Source: Actinomycetes bacterium
GTDB taxonomy: Bacteria; Actinomycetota; Thermoleophilia; Solirubrobacterales; JACPNS01
Length of the DNA stretch: 64,000 bases
Assembly (NCBI GenBank): GCA_023404495.1
Contig: JAEYBE010000045.1
Location: 6,970 to 70,969, forward strand
Direction of reading: 5' to 3'
The notes below the pieces were generated by a model that saw only the letters and a list, made by a program, of their open reading frames with translations, had not been told where the DNA came from and made no database searches. Within the stretch, counting starts at the first letter, position 1, and every line of letters starts with the position of its first letter. The position numbers were made by a program, and so were the translations under genes. Below, piece by piece: positions 17,625 to 24,822 of the stretch.

Positions 17625-19748
17625 TCAGCCGTGCCCGAACCGCACATCCGGCAGGACGCGATCTGCCCAGCGCGGCAGATACCACGCCCACTTGCCCATC
17701 AGTCGCAGCAGCACCGGCATCAGCAGCAGGCGGATCAGCATCGTGTCCAGCAGCACGGCGACCCCGAGAATCACTCCCATCTCCTTGGGCGGGAGCGGCC
17801 CTGAGAGCGCGAACGTGAAGAACACGGCGACCATCACGGCGCCGGCGGCGAAGATCACGCGACCCGAGTGGGCAACCCCACCGATCATCGCCTCCTTTGC
17901 GTCGTGACTGTGGTCCCAGTGCTCCTTTGCGCTCGAGAGCAGGAACACGGTGTAGTCCATCGAGATCGCGAACATCATCGCGAAGAAGAACACCGGCCCC
18001 CAAGCGTCGAGGAAGCCCTGCGGCTCGAAGCCGAGCAGAGAGTGCAGCGCGCCGTCCTGAAAGATCCACTTCGCCACGCCGAATGCGGCACCGGCCGCAA
18101 GCAGGTTGGTGAGCACCCCCGCCGCGGCAACCAGCGGTGCCTGCAGCGCCAGCAGCAAGAGCGCGAAGCCGAGCACCAGCACGACGCCGATCACTTCCCA
18201 CGTCTTTCCGTCGAGCGCCGACTTCAGATCGTGGTTTTCGGCCACGACCCCGCCGACCATCGCACCGCTCGGCAGCGATTCGCGCAGCCGGTCGATCGTC
18301 TGTCCGACTGCCGGCGAAGACGGGTCGTTTGCGGGGACGGCGTTGAACATCACCCAATCGCTAGTTGTCTGTGGCGGTGTCGTTGCGGCAATCCCCTCGT
18401 CTGAGACAAGTACCGCCTTGACATCCTGCGATTTGTCCGCGGGCGCGACGACCTGCATCGCTCCAGCAGCACCCGGACCCAGCGCCTGGGCGACCTTCTC
18501 ATAGCCGACTCGCGACTGGTCGCCCTCCGGGACGACCTTGATCGACGGCATCGCCGTCTGGAGTGAGAAGACCGGAATCGTCAAGGCGACCAGGATTGCC
18601 AGCGCGGCGCCGCCGAAGGCCCAAGGGTGACGCCAGAGGCGCTCCGCCCAAGCAGCGAACGCGGCAGAGCGGTGCTCGCCGCTGTGCGCCCACGGCAGAC
18701 CGAGCTTGTCGACGCGCGGCCCGAGCTTCGCCAGCACGGCAGGAAGCAGGGTCATCGTGGCAAGCAGGATGAAGACGACCGACAGCATGATCCCGAGGCT
18801 CATCGAACGAAACGCTGGACTTGGCACCAGCATCACCGCGGAAAGCGAGATCAGAACGGTGGCGCCCGAGAAGAGCACCGCCTTTCCGGCGGTGTCCATC
18901 GTCACCGCCGTCGCGTCGCTCGGCGACATCTCCGAGCCGAAGAGCGCCCCGCGGAAGCGGTGCACTATGAACAGCGCGTAGTCGATGCCCAACGCCAGCG
19001 CGAACATCAATGCGAAATTCATCGCCCAGATCGATACTGGCGTGACCTTCGTCGCCAGGAAGAGGGATCCGGCCGCCGCAACCAACGAGACGATCGTCAA
19101 CATCAGCGGCAATCCCGCGGCAACCAACGACCCGAACGCGATCAGCAGGATGAACAGAGTCACCGGCCACGAGATCAGCTCTGACTTCATCATCGCGTCA
19201 CGATTGGCGACGTTGAAGTCCGACCACATGCCCGGAGCACCGGTGAGATTCGCCGTCACGCCCTGTCCCGACGCTGCCGCCACATCCTCTTTGATGCGAT
19301 CGGCGGCGCGAACCATTTCGTTCGAGCCCTCGGCAGCGCCGGCCTGAAGCACGGCGGTCCTGCCGTCGCGGCTGATCGTCATCCCCATCTGCGGCTGCGC
19401 CACCGAGGTGACCGCCGGATCGGATTCGAGGATCTTCGTCACGTCGGCCAGCGTCTGCTTGAACGGCGCGGCCGAGACGGTTTGACTCTCGGAGCTGACA
19501 ACAACCATCAGGCCGTAGCCGCCAAATCCGGCGAAGTCACGGTCGACGATCGCGCGTGCGGCGACCGACTCAGAGCCAGAAGCCTCCCAGCCCGCGCCGG
19601 AGAGCGCGTGTTCCACTCGCGGCGCGAAGAAGCCGAGCACGAGGATCAGCAGGGTCCACGAGATCATCACCGCCTTGAAGTTCCGAGCCATCAGACCGCC
19701 GAAGCGGCCGATCGGACCCAGCTTGTCTTTGGTTGCCGAGGCGGTCAC
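17625..19748 (-). CDS. MMPL family RND-type transporter
   Basis: 707 aa in two 6-TM halves. Motifs DYALFIVHRFRG and DYTVFLLSSAKEH. The GTG start overlaps the DUF2892 stop (GTGA). Confidence 0.9.
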   Translation of the reverse strand: MTASATKDKLGPIGRFGGLMARNFKAVMISWTLLILVLGFFAPRVEHALSGAGWEASGSESVAARAIVDRDFAGFGGYGLMVVVSSESQTVSAAPFKQTLADVTKILESDPAVTSVAQPQMGMTISRDGRTAVLQAGAAEGSNEMVRAADRIKEDVAAASGQGVTANLTGAPGMWSDFNVANRDAMMKSELISWPVTLFILLIAFGSLVAAGLPLMLTIVSLVAAAGSLFLATKVTPVSIWAMNFALMFALALGIDYALFIVHRFRGALFGSEMSPSDATAVTMDTAGKAVLFSGATVLISLSAVMLVPSPAFRSMSLGIMLSVVFILLATMTLLPAVLAKLGPRVDKLGLPWAHSGEHRSAAFAAWAERLWRHPWAFGGAALAILVALTIPVFSLQTAMPSIKVVPEGDQSRVGYEKVAQALGPGAAGAMQVVAPADKSQDVKAVLVSDEGIAATTPPQTTSDWVMFNAVPANDPSSPAVGQTIDRLRESLPSGAMVGGVVAENHDLKSALDGKTWEVIGVVLVLGFALLLLALQAPLVAAAGVLTNLLAAGAAFGVAKWIFQDGALHSLLGFEPQGFLDAWGPVFFFAMMFAISMDYTVFLLSSAKEHWDHSHDAKEAMIGGVAHSGRVIFAAGAVMVAVFFTFALSGPLPPKEMGVILGVAVLLDTMLIRLLLMPVLLRLMGKWAWYLPRWADRVLPDVRFGHG

Positions 19749-20002
19749 TGGGTGACCTCCTCGGGAGGCGCGCCGCTACCGGGCCGAAGACCCGCGAAGC
19801 GCTCAAGGATCAGCGAAGCGCCGCAGAAGCCGGCCGTCGCGTAGAGCAGTTGGTTGAGCGCCACAAATCCGGTCAGCAGCAAGAACCACGGCGATACGAC
19901 CGCCACGAGGATCGAGCCGATCAGCACCAGGCTTCCGGCGAGCACGAAGAGCACGCGCTCAAGCGGCCAGACGCCGCGCCATGTCGTTCGACACTTGTTC
20001 AT
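19745..20002 (-). CDS. DUF2892 (YgaP-like) small membrane protein
   Basis: WPLERVLFVLAGSLVLIGSIL...GFVALNQLLYATAGFCGASLILE is a typical DUF2892 two-TM pattern. ATGA overlap with the sqr stop. Confidence 0.75.
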   Translation of the reverse strand: MNKCRTTWRGVWPLERVLFVLAGSLVLIGSILVAVVSPWFLLLTGFVALNQLLYATAGFCGASLILERFAGLRPGSGAPPEEVTQ

Positions 20003-21222
20003 AGGATCACCTTCCCGCGCTTGCGCGACCCGAGAAAGATCTTCTCGAACGCAAGCTTTGCCAGGTGCGCCTGGGGCCCGGCCATTGTGTGCGCTTTTGG
20101 AGTCAGGCCGCGCTCGCCGCGGGCGAGCACGTTGTCGGCCTTGAAGATCACGCCGTTGTTTCCGGCGTCGAGCACGCAGATCGCGGAGAGTTCGTCCAGC
20201 GGGAGCGATTCGCTCTTGCCGGAGTTGATCTCGGCGGCGATGTTGCGCGCCGCAACCTTGGCCATCGTCTCGGTCATCTGCCCGGTTTTGGGCACGCCGG
20301 CCGGGACGGGCGTCGGGTCGGGTGGAGCGATCGCGATTGCGACACCGGCGGCGTAGACCTCCGGGTGCTCGGCGTGGCGGTAGTGCTCATCTACCGGCAC
20401 GAAGCCCATCGGGTTGGCCAAGCCTTCCGTGTTCGCGATCACGTCGACTCCGGTGAACGGCGGCACGATCATCGAGTACTTGTGCGGCAGCTTGCGACCC
20501 GAAGCGAGTTCGAACTCGTCTGCTGTCACGCGCGTGATCTCAGTGTTCGGCAGACCCTCGATGTCGAGCCGATCGAAGAACTTCTCAACCAGCTTGTGTG
20601 AGTTGCCGACGCCCCCGAGACCGAAGTGGCCGAGCTCTGGCTCGGCGCTGATGAAGGTCACCGGCGCCTCGTCCGCAAGGCCGGCCTTCTTGATTTGATG
20701 CTTGACGTTGAAAAGGAACTCGTAGGAAGCGCCAAAGCACGATCCGCCCTGCGCGGTTCCGACCACCACGGGACCCGGGTCGTTGAGGAACTCGCTCCAC
20801 GCTTTGCCCGCGCCCTGCGCGTGCTCGAGATTGCAGACCGACTGCGTGTGGCCGGCCTCGAGCCCGAGACCCTCGATCTTCTCAAAGGCCAGGCGGGGTC
20901 CGGTGCCGATGAAGAGGTAGTCGTACGTCAGCTCCTCGCCGCCAACGGTCGTGACCACGCGCGCATCGAGGTCGATCTTGCTCGCTGCGTCGTTGACGAA
21001 GCGGATCCCCTTCTTCGCGTACAGCGGCGCGAGCGGGAAGGTGACGTCCTCGGCCTTGCGTACGCCGAACGGAACCCAGATCAGAGAGGGAATGAATGTG
21101 AAGTCCTCGCGCGGGTCAAGCACGACGATCTCGTGCTCGTCGCCGACTCGCTTGCGCAGCTCCAGCGCGGCGGTGAGGCCGGCGAAGCTCGATCCGAGGA
21201 TGACTGTGCGTTTGGCGTTCAT
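19999..21222 (-). CDS. sqr: sulfide:quinone oxidoreductase-like flavoprotein
   Basis: N-terminus VILGSSFAGLTAALELRK...FTFIPSLIWVPFG is an FAD fold. Cys-containing motifs GGSCFGASYEF and SAICVLDAGNNG lie where SQR redox cysteines are expected. RBS GAGGAA is present. Confidence 0.8.
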   Translation of the reverse strand: MNAKRTVILGSSFAGLTAALELRKRVGDEHEIVVLDPREDFTFIPSLIWVPFGVRKAEDVTFPLAPLYAKKGIRFVNDAASKIDLDARVVTTVGGEELTYDYLFIGTGPRLAFEKIEGLGLEAGHTQSVCNLEHAQGAGKAWSEFLNDPGPVVVGTAQGGSCFGASYEFLFNVKHQIKKAGLADEAPVTFISAEPELGHFGLGGVGNSHKLVEKFFDRLDIEGLPNTEITRVTADEFELASGRKLPHKYSMIVPPFTGVDVIANTEGLANPMGFVPVDEHYRHAEHPEVYAAGVAIAIAPPDPTPVPAGVPKTGQMTETMAKVAARNIAAEINSGKSESLPLDELSAICVLDAGNNGVIFKADNVLARGERGLTPKAHTMAGPQAHLAKLAFEKIFLGSRKRGKVIL

Positions 21223-21274
21223 GGGCGTTTCCTCATGGCTCCTGAGGGGTGAGCTTTGCTTTGCTTTACAACAC

Positions 21275-21296
21275 TATACAACTTTATAGTTGTATA
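21275..21296. promoter_or_regulatory. inverted repeat in AT-rich divergent sqr/arsR promoter region (candidate operator)
   Basis: TATACAACT-TTAT-AGTTGTATA, a 9-bp perfect IR, sits in the 125-bp intergenic region between sqr and the ArsR gene. Confidence 0.4.
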
Positions 21297-21346
21297 TGCG
21301 ATATCATTGTTCAAGTAACCACCTACCCCTCCTTTACGATCAAGCA

Positions 21347-21700
21347 ATGCCGAGCAAAAGAGCCCAGAAGATCGAGATGACCGAGCCGCTGATCGAGCTC
21401 GTCGCCGAGCGCTTCCGCGTTCTCGGGGAGCCGATGCGAATCCGGCTGCTCAACGAGTTGCGCGAGCGAGACCTCAGCGTCGGCGAGCTGCGCGCTGCAA
21501 CCGGCGCCTCGCAGCAGAACGTCTCCAAACACCTCGGCATCCTGCACCAGGCCGGCATGGTCGATCGCGAGAAAGTCGGCAACCAGACGCGCTACAGCAT
21601 CGCCGATCCCGGTGTGTTCGAGCTCTGCGAATTGGTCTGCGGGGGAGTACGCCGGCAGATGGATGCGATCGACACGATTCTGCGCGACGCTGCGGCTTAA
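21347..21700 (+). CDS. ArsR/SmtB family transcriptional regulator
   Basis: FRVLGEPMRIRLLNELRERDLSVGELRAATGASQQNVSKHLGILHQAGMV is a winged HTH. C-terminal CELVC cysteine pair. Start at ATG 21347 is uncertain. Confidence 0.85.
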   Translation: MPSKRAQKIEMTEPLIELVAERFRVLGEPMRIRLLNELRERDLSVGELRAATGASQQNVSKHLGILHQAGMVDREKVGNQTRYSIADPGVFELCELVCGGVRRQMDAIDTILRDAAA

Positions 21701-21756
21701 CGCGCCCTGAACATCGCTTTGTTGGCCGGTCAATTGGGCTGTCGTACATTTGACCC

Positions 21757-22440
21757 ATGGACACCTCAAGTGACTGGACTCTCTGGCTGATCCTGGCGGG
21801 AATCCCCCTGCTGTTCGGCCTCTTCGCTCAGATGTCGGTCAAGCGCACGTTCGCCAAGTACAGCGAGATCAGGCCGGTAAATGGCATGACAGGAGCTGAC
21901 GCGGCGGCCGCTGTGCTTCGTTCATCTGGCCTGCCCGGACTGACGATCAACCCCGTGGAAGGTCACCTGACCGACCACTACGACCCACGCAACAAGACGC
22001 TCAACCTTTCGGCCGATGTCGGCCAAGCGAGCAGCGTCGCCGCGATCGGTGTGGCTGCCCACGAGGCCGGCCATGCAATCCAAGACGCCAAGGGCTATTG
22101 GCCGATGACGGTGCGGCAGACGCTGGTGCCGGCCGCGACGATCGGATCGCAGCTCTGGATCCTGCCGGTCTTCATCGGCTTCATCCTGCAGTCGACCGGA
22201 CTGGTGACGATCGGACTCGTGTTCTTTGCGGCCGTCGTGCTCTTCCAGTTGGTGACGTTGCCGGTCGAGTTCGACGCCTCGAACCGTGCGCTGGTGGCGC
22301 TGGAAGAGAACCACCTGCTCGCGTCCGGCGAGATCGACGGCGCACGCGCGGTGCTGCGCGCCGCCGCACTGACCTACGTCGCGGGCTTCGTCGCCGCGCT
22401 CGGTCAGCTCGTCTACTTCTTCCTGGCCAGCCGCAACTAG
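21757..22440 (+). CDS. YugP-type membrane zinc metallopeptidase (Zn_peptidase_2)
   Basis: NHYDPRNKTLNLS and the HExxH site AAHEAGHAIQD, with TM segments at both ends. Confidence 0.85.
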   Translation: MDTSSDWTLWLILAGIPLLFGLFAQMSVKRTFAKYSEIRPVNGMTGADAAAAVLRSSGLPGLTINPVEGHLTDHYDPRNKTLNLSADVGQASSVAAIGVAAHEAGHAIQDAKGYWPMTVRQTLVPAATIGSQLWILPVFIGFILQSTGLVTIGLVFFAAVVLFQLVTLPVEFDASNRALVALEENHLLASGEIDGARAVLRAAALTYVAGFVAALGQLVYFFLASRN

Positions 22441-23223
22441 CTAACGGATCGAGACCGGCGTGCCCGGCGGCGTGAGCGAGAAGAGCTTGCGCACGTCGCC
22501 GTTGCGCATCCGAACGCTGCGCTCCTTGCCGCGCCCGGGAATGCGCCCCGGCCGGTTGGTTCCATGGATGCCGATAGTGCGGCCGCCCGGCCAGTCCGAT
22601 CCGCCGGCGACCTGGGCGGAGAGGCCCAGCGCAAAAGGTCCAAATCGGCCCTTGGGATTGACCGATTCAAATCGATTGCGCACGTAAAAGCTCCCGGCGG
22701 GAGTCGACGCCTTGCTGTTGCCGACGCCAATGGCCGCGTTGAAGATCGGCTTCTCGTACTTGAGGAGCGTCAGCGTGAGTGCCGTGCGGTCGATTTCGAT
22801 CCTTGTGTGGATCACGCGATACTTCTCGAGGGCGCTCCGCGCGACCCAGCCCCGTGCATCCGACCCGCGCATCGGCAGGCGAACCTCAGTCCAGATCGTG
22901 CCGTCGTCGTAGACGCGCTCGCGCAGAGCGAGCACGAGCTCGCTGGTCTTGTCCGGCGTGCGCGTGGTGAGTTTGCGCAGCTTGATCCCGCGCTGGCCGG
23001 GCTCGCTCCAGGCCGAGGTGCGTCGACCGACGAACGCCCAGCGCGAGGTGTCGCGCTCGTTGGAGAGCAATGTCTCGGTGAATATCCCCTGCGCCCCGCC
23101 GCGTGTTTTGGGTGGCTTGGCGCCCTTCGCGGGCAGCGCTGAGGCGAAGACGAGCAGGACCGCGAATGCGGACAGCAGCGCGAGGGCAGATCGCGCTAGT
23201 CGGGCGGAGGCGACTGCATGCAT
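22441..23223 (-). CDS. YkuD (L,D-transpeptidase) domain protein, Cys-to-Ser variant
   Basis: Signal peptide. YkuD pattern TPAGSFYV...GIHGTNRPGRIPGRGKERSVRMRNGDVRKLF. The canonical SHGC(I/V)RM reads KERSVRM here. Confidence 0.75.
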   Translation of the reverse strand: MHAVASARLARSALALLSAFAVLLVFASALPAKGAKPPKTRGGAQGIFTETLLSNERDTSRWAFVGRRTSAWSEPGQRGIKLRKLTTRTPDKTSELVLALRERVYDDGTIWTEVRLPMRGSDARGWVARSALEKYRVIHTRIEIDRTALTLTLLKYEKPIFNAAIGVGNSKASTPAGSFYVRNRFESVNPKGRFGPFALGLSAQVAGGSDWPGGRTIGIHGTNRPGRIPGRGKERSVRMRNGDVRKLFSLTPPGTPVSIR

Positions 23224-23297
23224 GCACCGGGATTATCGGACGGTCTCAAGCGCGGCCTGACTGCGGATCTGGACGGATAATCTTCGGAGTCCCTCAC

Positions 23298-23371
23298 GGG
23301 CGCGTAGCTCAGTTGGTTAGAGCGCCTGCCTTACAAGCAGGAAGTCGCAAGTTCGAGTCTTGCCGTGCCCA
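23298..23371 (+). tRNA. tRNA-Val (anticodon TAC)
   Basis: Acceptor GGGCGCG/CGTGCCC, anticodon stem CCTGC/GCAGG with loop CTTACAA, T arm GCAAG-TTCGAGT-CTTGC. Confidence 0.9.
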
Positions 23372-23516
23372 TGTCTGATTGTCGCCGGCCGTTTGATTGT
23401 CGCCGCCTTCGCGGCGACGCGTTGCACGCAGCTTGGCCTCAGGATGCCGGGTCAAGGCCCCGCCATCCTGAGTTTGTGTCACGCGCGATCTATCTGCCAC
23501 AATGCTCCGGCATCTT

Positions 23517-23590
23517 GGGGATGTAGCTCAGTTGGTTAGAGCGCCGCCCTGTCAAGGCGGAGGTCGCGAGTTCGAGTCTCGTCATTCCCG
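23517..23590 (+). tRNA. tRNA-Asp (anticodon GTC)
   Basis: Acceptor GGGGATG/CATTCCC, anticodon stem CCGCC/GGCGG with loop CTGTCAA, T arm GCGAG-TTCGAGT-CTCGT. Confidence 0.9.
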
Positions 23591-23640
23591 TTTTTCGTTC
23601 GCTGGTTTGCTCGTTTGCCGCCATCTCGGAGGTTTCAGAC

Positions 23641-24813
23641 TTGGAAGCATCGGCATCTCCCGTTGAAAGCTCGTCGCGGATCAAAGACCACGCGGTCACT
23701 CCGCTTGAGCTGTTCTTCGATCTGGTCTTCGTCCTCGCTTTCACCCAGGTGACCGCCAAACTCGCCGAGGACCTGACTTGGTCCGGAGTCGGCCGATCGG
23801 TCCTGGTGCTCGGCGCTCTCTGGTGGGCGTGGTCTGGCTACGCCTGGCTGACGAATGCCTTCGATCCGAACGAGCGGCTGATGCGGCTGCCGATCTTCTT
23901 GTCGATGGCGGCCCTGTTGATCGTGGCGCTTGCAGTGCCTCAAGCGTTCGGCGAGAACGCGTTGCAGTTTGCGCTCGCCTACTTCGTCGTGCGCGCGGTG
24001 CACGTCCTGATCTTCTACTGGAACTCCTCCGACGAGCCCGATGTGCGTCGCGCGATACTCAAGCTGACACCGACGATGCTGATTGCGCCGGCTCTGATCG
24101 TCCTCTCGACGGCCTTTGACGGCTGGGTCCAAGCAGCAATATTCGCGGCGGCGCTGGCGCTCGACTATGCCGGGCCGTACATTCGCTCGGATGACGGATG
24201 GGCCGTGATGCCCCACCATTTCGCCGAACGCTTCGGCCTGATTGTGATCATCGCGCTAGGAGAGTCGATCGTCGCGATCGGAGCGGGTACGGGGGAAGTC
24301 GAGATCACCGCCGAACTCGCGATCGTGGCGACCTTTGGAATCGGAGTGGTCTGCGCGCTCTGGTGGATCTACTTCGACGTCGTGATCACGGCCGCCCGCA
24401 TGCGCCTGGAGTCTGCCGCGCCGGCCGAACGTGTGAAGCTCGCCCGCGACAGCTACTCGGTGATGCACCTGTTCCTGATACTCGGCATCATCTTCGCGGC
24501 CCTCGGCATCAAGAAGACGCTCGGGCACTACCACGACCCACTCAAGGAGATCCCGGCGTTCACGCTATGTATCGGGCTGGCGCTATACGTCGCCACGCTC
24601 TCAGCGATCCGGCGTCGGAACATCGGATCGTTCAACATCCCGCGGCTCTTTGCGGCCGCCGCGCTTGTCGCGCTCTACCCCGCGGCCCGAGAACTTGAGT
24701 CGATGTACACGCTCGCGGCGGCTTTCACGATCCTGTTGCTGCTGATCCTCTTTGAGAGCTGGCGCTATCGAGAGGTGCGCGCTCGCATCCGCGCCGCCGA
24801 AGCGCAGCACTGA
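23641..24813 (+). CDS. low temperature requirement protein A (LtrA) family membrane protein
   Basis: VTPLELFFDLVFVLAFTQV is the LtrA signature N-terminus, followed by about 10 TM segments. TTG start. Confidence 0.8.
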   Translation: MEASASPVESSSRIKDHAVTPLELFFDLVFVLAFTQVTAKLAEDLTWSGVGRSVLVLGALWWAWSGYAWLTNAFDPNERLMRLPIFLSMAALLIVALAVPQAFGENALQFALAYFVVRAVHVLIFYWNSSDEPDVRRAILKLTPTMLIAPALIVLSTAFDGWVQAAIFAAALALDYAGPYIRSDDGWAVMPHHFAERFGLIVIIALGESIVAIGAGTGEVEITAELAIVATFGIGVVCALWWIYFDVVITAARMRLESAAPAERVKLARDSYSVMHLFLILGIIFAALGIKKTLGHYHDPLKEIPAFTLCIGLALYVATLSAIRRRNIGSFNIPRLFAAAALVALYPAARELESMYTLAAAFTILLLLILFESWRYREVRARIRAAEAQH

Positions 24814-24822
24814 CCGACCAAG

